Shown piece after piece: positions 25,377-37,289 of a DNA stretch of 64,000 nt. Each line of letters opens with the position of its first letter. Position 1 is the first letter of the stretch. Origin of the DNA: Glycera tridactyla (taxonomy: Eukaryota); contig OZ286472.1 of the NCBI GenBank assembly GCA_965644265.1, positions 40,672,001-40,736,000 on the forward strand. Direction: 5' to 3'. Position numbers and translations under genes: made by a program. The notes under the pieces were generated by a model. It saw only the letters and a program-made list of their open reading frames with translations, did not search any database and was not told the origin of the DNA.

Positions 25377-27230
25377 TTTCTGGATGCGACATTCGCCAAC
25401 TAGTATATGGTATTAATCCATGGTAAGAAGTAACTCATGATCATTGACCAGTGTTCCTTGTTCAATCTACCTATCAGAATTTTCTTTCAAATTCTCCCGA
25501 TCATTGCACACCTGACTGCAGTTCATGTGGTGTCCATTGATATAATGGCTTCTTGTTCAAATCATGGCTCAGCGGATGTTGTACATCTTTCGTTCTCCAT
25601 GGCCGATGCCTTCCAACTCTGAGTTATATGCATGCCCATCTTGTAATTCTCCCGCATGTTTCGATTCAGCGTCTACCCCGGTATCCACTCATTGTTCTAC
25701 ATTCCTATATCGATATCGATACATGGAAACTGTGATAGATGGACCAGCTCTTTTGCCAGATCCCTCCAAGAGCAACACAGATAATCGACAACCGTATTGC
25801 TAATCTTGGAGGAAACGGAATATACCATTCATCATTATTACAGATGGACTTTTATGTTTCGAAGAGAGGATGATGTCGAATGAGAATTCTCCTGTATTGC
25901 TTTTGACCATAAAACTATTCGCCATCGATTTTATTCTGTAACCACTCTGATTGCGTATGGAATTTGTCTTTACCCTAAGTGATTGTTATGGAAGAAAGGT
26001 TGTCTATGATGAAATCGATGTGGCCTTTATACAGCCTCCTGCTGCACCTTGGACTTCGGAATGTGGTTTGATTCCCAATGCTACGATAGAAACGTTTGGG
26101 GGAATATTAGAATAGCATATCAAATCAATTTGATCTGAATCCGATTTTTCTTCTACTGAACCATAAACATGTCCTGCTGTATCCAAAACTCTGGTATGTG
26201 GTTTTTGTGTGCTCCCACAATTTGTTTAAAAAAAGGATATTTCTATCTGACTCACAATGCTCAAGAAATGAGGCTATGAGGACGATTGAAATACCATATC
26301 CAATCTATTCGACCTAATTCTACTCATCCTCCCAATACTCAGCTATGAGCACATACAAGATGGACTAGATGCCGTATCTCCTTGTACCTTGGAATTCGTA
26401 TCCTCCATATGAGATGTAGGTCATCAGTAGAGTATATTGTGCATACACACCATCCTAATTGATAGCCGCGACATGACTGTGCTCTCATTGACCAATTCAT
26501 TAGTGACTATGGTGCACGAAATTGGTTGAGAGCTTCCATTGATTCTCCCTGCTCACACCAGTGACACGGATTAGACGTTCAAGCCCGGCACAAGATGACC
26601 AAGTAAGGACACAACACAGCATTGCATCTTAGCGTCAACAGAGATTCTCAAAAGGGTCTCGAATCACACTAATATGGAAGAATACTTCAAATAGCAGTAT
26701 CGACAATTCTGAAAATTAGCGAAGCACGGTACAATTGGACTGATAAAAACTGCAGCATACATTGGCAGCCATGAGTGCATACTGTTCCATGTTTGGAAGG
26801 TGAACACCTCACACTACACTGAAAAAACAAATAGGTTGCAACCACTAATGGTAGTATCGTACAAGATATTCTGGTGCGGAAAACCATAGTGTAGCTTCAG
26901 ACAAATATCCTATTTCATAGTCAGAGGACGTCAAAATATATCTGACAACATAGCGTGAATAGTTATGAATATTTTTAGTGCTAATCTGAATGAAAATGGT
27001 GGAGTTAACTTATCATCTGAATACATATATGAACGAGATTCTTGTGTTATATGTAGCATTATACAATACCATAGAAAGACTAAGTAAGAAGTCAGATCGG
27101 AGGTCTCAGCAGAAATATCAGACTCGTTTCTGAAAGCTTGTATTTATCATATGAATGTACCTTTGCATCAGCTTGCTGATGTCTATTGTCTGTTGTCTAT
27201 AATGGCTACTCTCACCCCACTCTCACACTC

Positions 27231-27298
27231 TCTCTGTTCATTATATAATATGATGACAGAATGTTCTCTGTTCATTATATAATATGATGACAGAATGT
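27231..27298. repeat. Perfect 34-bp tandem duplication
   Basis: TCTCTGTTCATTATATAATATGATGACAGAATGT occurs at 27231-27264 and 27265-27298. Confidence 0.95.
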
Positions 27299-27391
27299 AC
27301 TCGTGAACAGTGTCAGGTCTCATACGCTGAGTTGCAGCTGGGACCGGATGCTACAATGGGGTTCCACACCAGTTATCACCTGTCAGCTCAG

Positions 27392-27660
27392 NNNNNNNNN
27401 NNNNNNNNNNNNNNNNNNNNNNNNNNNNNNNNNNNNNNNNNNNNNNNNNNNNNNNNNNNNNNNNNNNNNNNNNNNNNNNNNNNNNNNNNNNNNNNNNNNN
27501 NNNNNNNNNNNNNNNNNNNNNNNNNNNNNNNNNNNNNNNNNNNNNNNNNNNNNNNNNNNNNNNNNNNNNNNNNNNNNNNNNNNNNNNNNNNNNNNNNNNN
27601 NNNNNNNNNNNNNNNNNNNNNNNNNNNNNNNNNNNNNNNNNNNNNNNNNNNNNNNNNNNN
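27392..27660. other. Assembly gap (N run)
   Basis: 269 N. Other gaps are at 27841-27983, 35407-35560, 36594-36770, 58231-58568 and 59089-59217. Confidence 1.
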
Positions 27661-27840
27661 NAAAAAGCCATCTGTCCGTCTTTATGGCTGTCTTTCTGTA
27701 TATCTGTCTCTCTGCATGTCAGCCCGTCTGTCTGTTCGTCGTCAGTCTGTCCGTCGGTTCCTCTATCGTCCAATTGTGTGTCAGTCTGTCTGGTTGTCTG
27801 TCTGTCTGTTTGTTTGTCTATCTGTCTGTCTGTTTGTCTA
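27661..27840. repeat. (CTGT/CCGT)n degenerate tetranucleotide microsatellite between two gaps
   Basis: GTCT/GTCC/GTTT runs. This is the GTCY-type repeat typical of Helentron-derived HINEs, but the termini are hidden by gaps. Confidence 0.8.
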
Positions 27841-30249
27841 NNNNNNNNNNNNNNNNNNNNNNNNNNNNNNNNNNNNNNNNNNNNNNNNNNNNNNNNNNNN
27901 NNNNNNNNNNNNNNNNNNNNNNNNNNNNNNNNNNNNNNNNNNNNNNNNNNNNNNNNNNNNNNNNNNNNNNNNNNNNNNNNNNNCTAGCTCGTCATGTGAT
28001 GAATGATAAATGACCTATGGGTCATGCTCAATGAGCTGTGATGAGACCATGATGACGTCTGGCCGTACCAGATCCCACCCTAACAAACCTCTCATCTCTT
28101 TTCATCCTCGGCTCCAAGGAATTGCTATTTATTTTTCTTCAGAAATCACTGTGACATTCATCACTGTCATGCCACCCCAACTGCTCTGCGAATGCACCAC
28201 GTAGTACAGCTCAATGTAGGTGAGTATCAATGTGATAGAGCTCGTTCCTGGTTCAGGTATGGCAGGGATGCGTTGATGTAGCTTGTACAGCCGTACAGAA
28301 CGAGATATATCATCCATGACATATGTTTTTCACTATGAGAATATTGACTCAAGGGTGTGTCTACTCAATGAGAGTAGGAACATGTAAATGATCTTTTGAC
28401 CTCCCTTCAGCAGATAGAATGTTGATAACAAACTATAATTCACTCCACAATTCACTCCATAATGTACAATATCTTCTTATGTGGTGAAATTTGCTGACGC
28501 CCGTGCCCCAATAGTGCTACCTAGGAAGCAAAATTCAAGGAATGCAGGAGGGAAGAGGTCACAAGAAGGGACTGCGCGTTAACTTTAATTTGAATGCATG
28601 GTATCTCGGAACTCCAGCTAGAATGAATCATGTCCGGTAAGTTCGGCCTTCACTTCATTCTTCATCAAGTTGACGATAAGTACGTACCCAGGTCCTACAG
28701 TACAAAAGATCATTTTTTTCTTCAGATGCGCGGACCCTGTGAATTGTGCATGGTGCAGAATGAGGTTTTCTTGTAAGATACTCACACTGTAATGATATTC
28801 AATTGTAACAGGGATTGTGAGACAGGACAATTACATTAACAGGGAGAACTACAAGCTTGAGAATGTCAGATATATACTACCGTTATTAGTGTAATTGTTG
28901 ATTGTTCTGTTCAAAGTCGTTTGAAGAAAAGCAAGATCAATCTTGTATACACCATGTCACCGATGAGCGAGGCATATTAGACGAGACCTCGATACTTTGC
29001 TTGGAAAGGAACACCTACTCAAAGGGGCGGTGATATGTAGAGCAAACAATCCATTTGTATTTATCATCCTGCCCGCCATGTGTTGGGTGTTTGAATAGGC
29101 CCCGAGCAATACAGTCCTCAGCTTTTCATGTATAAGTCAGCACTTACCATTATGGAAGGCGAACAAAAGCCCCCATCAGCAATGCACGAACATTGGAGGT
29201 AGGCAATATACGGCTAAGAGAGACTAAAAGCAGCCGTCATGAATCATACTGCACCTGACGCGTAGCAAAGATTCATAAAGAATGTCTAGAGTGCCGGTCA
29301 TGTGGACAGCATACACGCCGAGTAGCTGTCCCCGGGAATGAGTGACATTCTGAATTTATCATCCGATATTACATTTTCCTGAAGTAGAATCGAAGTTTGA
29401 AAATCCTGCCGAAAAAGGTGAATCCCGTGACGTGTCTATTGTCGGCACATCGTTTTGAACACCACGACGCTGCCAGTTGACCCATGACCACGCTTGTTTT
29501 ATGACTGACCAGCGATGGCGCGCAAGCATCATTCAACCGAAGCGCGGATCGAGCAGCAGAACGCCTCTCTGCTCTTGGATTAAAGCCCACCAGCGAGGTG
29601 GACGGGAAGACGACGCTGACCAACACGTTATACTCGATATCGGATGACAATGATGCATACTGGCATCTCCTGATGGATAATCTCAAATACATAGACATGT
29701 CAAAAATCTTCTTCATAGCATCGCTGGCGTCCTCCCATTTCCGTACATCACATTCATATAGTAGGTTGAGATTACCATGTTACATATACGACAGCAAACT
29801 GGCCTGCCAACTACAGACTTTTAACAGCTTGATCCAGCAAAATGAATCACACTGAAAGGTAATTCTTTTTATTCAATGCGGACTGTTTATATTCAAACGC
29901 CATTGCTAAATATATCTTTATACAGCTTCCGAACACAACACGCAAACGCGATCGTATCTCCATGCCCAGCTGTTCTTGCAGCTATGATAGCTTGTTATCA
30001 ACAGACATTGGTGTTGCATTCGACCGCCTGACCCTATATCTGAAGTGGCTCTGCCATACAAGGTGGCCTGAAGAGTTTCGGAACTTTCTGCTGATTCTAA
30101 ATTCCGGTGTGAAGATTGTCACTTTCATTAATGACAAGCACGTTTCAAACTCTCAGGTCGTCATTTTCAATTCGACCAGTGTTTGAATGGCACAACTGCA
30201 ATGTACGGGTATATGCTCTGTGATATTCATGTTGCAGTGCAGGAAAAGA

Positions 30250-30830
30250 TGGAAATTCGGCTATCATGACCATGATGGATATATTGATGCACGAGGGTCG
30301 GATATACACAAGGATGACGTCAGCAATACCTTCCATGCGGTCTGAAATGTCAGCAGACATGGTCATTGAATTCGATTTCAATAAAACTGCATTTGCTGTT
30401 GCAAGAATGATTGTCTCACTAGACACGGTTTCCCATATGCAGTCTAGATCGCTTGAAAAGACTATGTGATGACGCCAAATCCAACACACTACAACTTTAA
30501 ACCATCCACTAATAACTCTACAGATACCTAAAGACAGAAGATGAAACTCCACATTTTGTCGTCCATGTTTCACTCCTTGAGTTGTTGGACCCATCAAAAT
30601 ATCTCGCTCTTACGTTGTTTGCGATTGTGAACTGGACGACGACTGTGCAATCCATGATTCTTGTGGCAGACTACACATTTCCCCACAATATTATACTGCG
30701 GAGGCGAGCTATGCGTATGAGTGAAACATTACTTTCTATTATACGCATGGCAGCGGAAGGTCATTACTTGACTCTGAACAGGGAAGAATACATCACATTA
30801 GATGGATTTTTGAAGGGCAGTTTAATCATG
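30250..30830 (+). pseudogene. Decayed CR1/L2-group RT fragment
   Basis: RYLKDRR (SYLxxRxQ), TLFAIVNWTTTVQSMILVADYT (LFLIYINDL..V.S..LFADDT) and LLSIIRMAAEGHYLTLNREE (L..I..W..N.L.LN..K) occur in order. Confidence 0.45.
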
Positions 30831-31439
30831 ATGATGTCCCCCTCCCAGTGGAATCTATGATCATAAGATTAGGAAACCAGGATTGATATTGCGTTCCTAT
30901 GACGGTATTTTAACTGATCTGAAGGGAATTGATGTCCCAGGGTGTGTGATAGGCTGGTTGACGCTCGAGTGGGTTGAAAGTTGAATGGAGAGATATGAAG
31001 AACATAGAACAGGGGCAGACATGTACCGAGAGAACCACTTCAAATATGGTTTGTGATAAGATATGATGATGATGATGATTGAGAAACGTTCATTCAAGTG
31101 TGAATGCCTTTTGTTGACAGTGTACAAGGTGATTGCCATCTCTCTCCCTATTCCATCAACGTCTCCCATGATGAGCATGAAAGCACTCAAGTAAAGCGTT
31201 CTATGTCTGGATGAATCATTAACAAGTAATACCACTTATAGAGTAGAAGCTGAATTAAAGTTTTTGCTAGGTGTCTGGCCACTGATGTTAGGTTCGATGG
31301 AATGGTGGGAGGGTTGCAATACTACTGCCATACTCACATAAAGAGTGTTGAGGTTGTCAATTCCCATCTGTCGATTATACGACTGATCTGAGTGAGTCGG
31401 AGAGGTGAGGATTAATGTTTCCATCGGGGTAGAGTATCT

Positions 31440-32040
31440 TCTGAAATACGTATTTTACTGTTCCTTGGATGGAAGTGACATCAGACCATTAATGGAGATT
31501 TCAAGATTTCTTCAATACAGATTACTTTGTCTATTCGTCTTCTTCCTTGATCAGGTTGAGGTGTGTCTGAACTGTCAGCTTTCAGGTTCCCATCGTCTTG
31601 TGTCCAGGGTTTGTGAGAGAGATATTTGCAGGGGAGAGAACATATAGCTTTCATTGATCAGGAACACACGGTATACATAATCCTAGGGTTGATCTATGCC
31701 ATCAAGCCTCAAACAAACAACAAAAACCATGTTCTCTCTTCACGAGACATACTTGCTCGTTTGCCCCCATCTCCAAGGGATGGGCTGTCCGACATCTCTG
31801 ATGTATCAATCTGGAATTCTGCACAACATTCTCACACCACCTATCCATCAAAGTTCCAGCATCGCAACACCACGGGCAAATCATCCAATCATCCGAGAAA
31901 CTAATCCCAACGCCCTCCTTTCATCCATCATCAAATCCCTTACTTCCAGCACCTACTCACACGAATATCCGACTCAGAGTAGCTTTGATTTTCAGATAGA
32001 AAGTCAGACGAGTCTGTTTTCGAGGCTAATCCTGTACTCG
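31440..32040 (-). pseudogene. RTE-clade LINE C-terminal fragment (paralog of 43080-43620 and 56404-56470)
   Basis: The segment CAGGTTCCCATCGTCTTGTGTCCAGGGTTTGTGAGAGA near 31583 recurs in diverged form near 43159 and 56404. Its minus strand corresponds to the RTE LRKILxIxWxD region, and upstream resembles the GSTL..RI..A..FG.L..VW region. Confidence 0.55.
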
Positions 32041-33295
32041 TGAAATCATGAAATGAACATGACAGACTTCATTCGAGATGTGAAATGAACCCTCCTCCAC
32101 CACAGAGAGTTTCATCCCCATATTGAATTTGCCAGCCCCGTTGGAGTTGTATAATTACATTATCTCACAGTGAATAAATAGCACTAATGTTCCGCACAAA
32201 AGACTGGTCGTTACTAGTTTGTGATTTTATCATGCGTAATCGCTATGATGAATATTAAAGAAACTTGGGTATTCTTTACAATGGTCTGATTAAAAAAGTA
32301 CATAGGTATACATTAGGTTTCACTATTGAGATGGTATTGAAATACCATCTCTGCGGAAAAACATGAATAATTTCTGAAACGTTTTTCGAGCTTGAACGAT
32401 GGTGACGCTGCTTCATTGTTAAATATGTGCCTAATGTGTGGAGATTTGTCAAATATCGGCTCCGGAAATACTGGAGCAGACACGCAATATTCTCGTATCT
32501 CGACAAAAAGGTACTTTAGTTGCAAAACAGGCGGTTATGGAAGTGTCTCGCCTTCGTGGCTAAAGCATGAAAGCATGGTATGCGTTCTCGATGATTCGAT
32601 GTGAAAAATAAAAACTGATGTCCCCTTCGTCTTACTGTCATCCTTGTCGAGTCACTATGGTGGGCGTAAGAGAACAATGGCTTGATTTTTTGGTACAAAT
32701 GGCGTGACAAAATACTTGTCCACGAAAGAAGTTATGGTCTCAATAGCTTTATTGATTGCTGGAGGGGGTTTATCCGAAACCCACCTCTCTCATGAATATA
32801 GTACTGACAGACCCATAATCCCATGACATCTACATCATATTATATAGGAAAAGGAGGTCGAAAGTGAGAGAGGAAATACGAAGCTTAGAATATCAACAAT
32901 AGGGTTTGGTTGTGAAAGAACTGAACGGATGCAGAACTGTGATAAAAGACGTGAGAGGTGCAGACTGAGAGAAGAGAGGTTGTGGCATTGTATTTGCTTG
33001 GCAGAATATTGTCGTCATCGTCACTTGTCACACAGTATGCCAGCATCACATCAAGAGCTCACTACTAGAGAAGTGCCTTGTTGACATTCTGCTTCGTCAT
33101 AACTCGACGTGATCCACCGTGCTACACACCTCTATCACATCACACACGTGTTGACACTCTCTACTTTTACCCTATTTATGGATGACTCAACATATCAGCA
33201 AGTGAGGAAAAACATCCAATATCCTGCTATATCAGACACACGCTATATGTTTGGCAGTCTCGCATGACTATTGAACATCTGAAATGCCTACCATG

Positions 33296-33609
33296 GCGCA
33301 TGCGCAATGTCATTGTGAATTGTGTAATAATATGAAATCGGTCATCATGTGGCGGGGCAGGAATGGCCCGTAGGAATAGAAAAAAAAAATGAATTTCAAC
33401 CATTTTTGGTTCTTTGCTCCATGGTTACCATAGCAACCATGGAGCAAAGAATATAAACGTCTCCCCCCAAAAAACATGTAAGTCATATGATATGATGGCA
33501 TCATTTCATCATGCATCATGTACCAATATGTCACCTGAATAGTGAATTTTGATTTCCAGCCTAATTTCAGAAGGTTACCATGGCAACCAGTGACACTGCA
33601 TTAAGGACA
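33296..33609. promoter_or_regulatory. Cluster of NRF1-, Sp/KLF- and RFX-type motifs inside a probable MITE-family remnant
   Basis: GCGCATGCGC at 33296-33305, GGCGGGGC near 33348, X-boxes GGTTACCATAGCAACC at 33423-33438 and GGTTACCATGGCAACC at 33573-33588, and a 42-bp palindrome at 33410-33451. The stretch ends in TGCATTAAGGACA (33597-33609), 1 mismatch from the MITE family 1 right TIR core. Function is unproven. Confidence 0.35.
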
Positions 33610-35081
33610 GCTCTGGAATGAGAGGTCCAGAATCTTCAGCTGTCATGTGTGAACCACATTGACATATCTTTGCTTTATTGATGGATAGATCGAAAGTATT
33701 GTGGTTCACCAGCTGACAAGGGCTAAATTTTCATTTGTCCCATTAATTACACTGCGTGGGCCTCAATTAATTGCCTCATGGTCATCACTTTTAGTTGTCT
33801 GATGAATAGTCGTTTACAATATCACAGGAAGGTGTGATTACATATCTATTCATGTATCTGGAATGTGGAAGACGCCACTTTCGAAATCTTTTTCTCGGGT
33901 ATACTGATGTAATTGCCATGTTAACTGTTTCATACGATGTTGTATGGTTGAGAGTGACATGTGTCGCATGGTACTACTTGGCGAAGTGGAGTGTCATGAA
34001 GCCTATGGAACCTAAAGCCTAAAGAGATAGAAGTGGACGAAAAGAGTCACTGACAGAGAATAAAAGAGGGGACACGGGCAGCGGGGAGACAGAAAGAGAA
34101 ACATACAAAGAGACACACGCGAACCGACAGTGCCACAGCTGGGGGAGACGAAGACCGAGACATAGGTTGATTGGTAGAAAGGGGATAAAATCGAGGGATT
34201 TGGAAGCGTTGAAAAGTATAAGTATAACCTGTTCGGAATCTGCAAAAGCTGTGGGAACCTCTATTGGTATTACTGGATTGTAAATCCTATTGCATCTTTT
34301 CGTGTGTGGCTCTGATTTCTCCAATGTTCCTGATAGATATTCTGAAGTGAAATTTCTAATCTTCATTAGAGAGGAACCTCTATATGTGATCACAATTTGA
34401 ATCCACCATTCTTGATGAGTTTGGCATTTCAACTTCAGGAGAGAATGTAATATTGCGATGAATGTCCATGATTACGATGATACAGTCTCGACTAGGATGA
34501 TCCGAGTGATAAACATAGGTTCCTGTGATAGGATCCCCATCAACTACTTCAAAGATTATAGAAGACAAAGGAACAGGAGTTGATTTAATCTCCGCTTCTT
34601 GACACATATTGAGACCTTCCAACAAGAGAGATCCATCAATCATGGATGGCTTAATTTGGTAAATTACTACTGCCTCAGGCCCACTTCAGCGATAATGTCA
34701 ATCTTGCTGATGTCTCGTCAGTGTGGTGACATTTCCAAACGAACTTGTATCATCAATCATCATTGTGATGATCAATCAACTGACATCTCCAGTAGATGAC
34801 CTCTATGTCCCACTCGAAACTTTCTCATAACAACTTGGGAGTCAGAATCTGGTGACAAATTTTGGGCGACAAAAAAACGGGCAGCGTCTTTCTGTTGCCC
34901 TACTCCTTGTTGTTCGAGGACACTTCATCACAATTGATGAATTCCTACAATGGCTGCGTATTGTGCTCTGGGAATAAGCTGAAAATCAAACCTTACAGAC
35001 CGCCATGATTGAGCTGTTTTCCATCGTCGGAGACACAGTGGAACGCTGTCTTTCCTTGCGATGATTAATCCCGCGTGCTTG

Positions 35082-35580
35082 TACATCCACCCCTCTCCCC
35101 CACTGTCTGTTTGTCTCTGTCTTTGTATCTGTCTCTGTCTCTCTCTCTCCCTCACCAATCCATTCACCCACCTGTCTGTCTCTCCTCCTCTCTTTCTTTT
35201 TCTCTCACCCATCCATTCGCCCACCAATCCATCCATCTATCCACCCCTCTCTCCCTCCTTCGTCCCTACCTGCCTCCATCCATCCATCACCCCATTCATC
35301 CATCCATCCATCCATCCATCAATCTCCCCAAAGTCTGGGTTGCTCTCTCTGGTTTGATCTCTCTGGTTTACTCTGTCTGTCTGTCCATCTCTGTCTCTGT
35401 ATCTCCNNNNNNNNNNNNNNNNNNNNNNNNNNNNNNNNNNNNNNNNNNNNNNNNNNNNNNNNNNNNNNNNNNNNNNNNNNNNNNNNNNNNNNNNNNNNNN
35501 NNNNNNNNNNNNNNNNNNNNNNNNNNNNNNNNNNNNNNNNNNNNNNNNNNNNNNNNNNNNTGCGCATGGGCACTCTGTAT
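35082..35580 (+). repeat. CT-rich / (CCAT)n / (CTGT)n module, probably the 3' half of a HINE-like element
   Basis: 35082-35110 nearly matches 37206-37234, and 35202-35218 matches about 37177-37193. After the gap, GCGCATGGGCACTCTGT (about 35562-35578) resembles the HINE 3' end GCCCACGTGGGCGCTCTTGT. Confidence 0.55.
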
Positions 35581-36205
35581 TGTGAAAAAATTTACAAGTG
35601 GTAGTGAGCCTCCTGATCCATCAAGCACGACTGTGGTGATCATCTGTTATCAGCTCTTTAGCCCAATCTAATCTCAACTGAGAGTCGTTTACGCCCTCCC
35701 AATCACAACCACGTCTGATGCTTTGACACAACAACCTTCGGACCACCTTATAAAGTACAAGAGATGAAACAAAGCAATTCCGGAGAAATCTGTGAAGTGG
35801 GATGTCACATCTACCTTCGTTGTTTGCTGATTATGCTTTTTTTCCACAGAGATGTCAATGAGGCTTCCATTCTTTAAGCGATGTAATGTATTGCATTACA
35901 TTGCAGTGTTCTGATATATCCTACTCATTGTATTGCACTGTCAGGCATACCACATTCACGAACATGGCCTGGACCAACACAATGATATTATCGTGTGCAA
36001 CTCCTTCTCCACGAAGTTGCATGCGTTATACCGAATAAAGGGTATACAATACAAATATGAGGCAAACATCTTTTGTCGCTTTCATGGAACTATATAGATC
36101 CACAATATGTACACACGGAAAAAAACAGATTGCATGCGTGCAATTCACTGATGGGTGAAAGGTGTTGAGACATATTATTGAGGACCAGCGTCCCCCGCTA
36201 TTTTT

Positions 36206-36844
36206 GTGATCTCCGCCAGCGGCTGGAGATCATTATGCCGCCACCTCTCTGCTCGAAATGCCTTCTAACTTCGCGGATTCTGACTCTTGAGGCCAATATC
36301 ATCGAATGAATCATAATCGGAGCTGTGTAGGAGGTGCAAATGATCTAATCTAACACAATTTCAAAATGATTTATTGATCTGATTAATGACAACTTGAGAA
36401 AATGTAGTGATTTTGTAATAGGCATTTCTCCGTACACTCGTTTCTGGTGCCGATTATCGAAACACACAGATATGACTGCTCAGAGATGTATACTTGTGCA
36501 CTAGAACAGTAGTGCGAGGCTGCGTATTAATATGGAGACAAAATAGGTCACTATCAGACGCTCCACTGCACTCTCACAGGGCAAGTAGCAAGANNNNNNN
36601 NNNNNNNNNNNNNNNNNNNNNNNNNNNNNNNNNNNNNNNNNNNNNNNNNNNNNNNNNNNNNNNNNNNNNNNNNNNNNNNNNNNNNNNNNNNNNNNNNNNN
36701 NNNNNNNNNNNNNNNNNNNNNNNNNNNNNNNNNNNNNNNNNNNNNNNNNNNNNNNNNNNNNNNNNNNNNNTCCCGTCACTGATGATGTCACTCCCCTCGG
36801 TCTCTCTCTCCTCGGAGATCTCTCACCTCACATGGGCGCTCTTG
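36206..36844 (+). mobile_element. HINE-like element copy 2 (spans an N gap)
   Basis: TTTTT flank, then the 5' hairpin GTGATCTCC-N10-GGAGATCAT (36206-36233). About 290 bp are homologous to copy 1. It ends in CACATGGGCGCTCTTG followed by TT. Continuity across the gap 36594-36770 is assumed. Confidence 0.7.
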
Positions 36845-36846
36845 TT

Positions 36847-37085
36847 GTGATCTCCATTGGTGATCACTTTGCTACCACCTTTCTGCTCGAAATGCTTTCT
36901 GACTTCGCCGATTCTGACTCTCGAGGCCAATATAATCAAACGAATATCGAGCGGATGTGTGTAAAAGGATCGAACGATACAATCTAACACAATTCTAAGG
37001 TGATTTATTGATCTGATGAATTTGAGGAAATGTAGCGATTATGTAATACGAAATTCCCTCAACACTCGTTTTTGTCCATTCACCT

Positions 37086-37159
<74 letters not shown>

Positions 37160-37289
37160 CTCCCTCTCTCGGACTCTCTCACCCATCCATCCATCATTCC
37201 ATCGATACATCCTCCCCTCTCCCCCACTCTCTGTCTCTGTCTGTCTCTCTCTTTCTCTCTCTGTCTCGCAGCCCACGTGGGCGCTCTTG
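36847..37289 (+). mobile_element. HINE-like element copy 3, directly head-to-tail with copy 2
   Basis: The 5' hairpin GTGATCTCC-ATT-GGTGATCAC (36847-36867) starts 2 nt (TT) after the copy 2 end. About 230 bp are homologous to copies 1 and 2, followed by (AC)35 and the CT-rich module. The end is the perfect palindrome GCCCACGTGGGC (37271-37282) plus GCTCTTG and TT. Confidence 0.75.
37087..37156. repeat. (AC)35 microsatellite
   Basis: Perfect dinucleotide run of 70 nt. Confidence 0.99.

Noticed and set aside
25450-25800. Possible RTE 3' end on the minus strand (RITRWAC, WTP, DRENLK); similar weak hints at 28620-28990, 34230-34640, 42400-42600 and 49900-50150
   Set aside because: Plausible but within the range of chance motif matching by eye. 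Needs an HMM search.
27284-28013. Long ORFs containing X runs (also 35075-35671, 36494-36850, 57967-58627, 58953-59254)
   Set aside because: They stay open only because N gaps contain no stop codons, and the rest is microsatellite translation.
30315-30322. Perfect CRE palindrome TGACGTCA
   Set aside because: A single 8-mer is expected by chance in 64 kb and it lies within a LINE relic.
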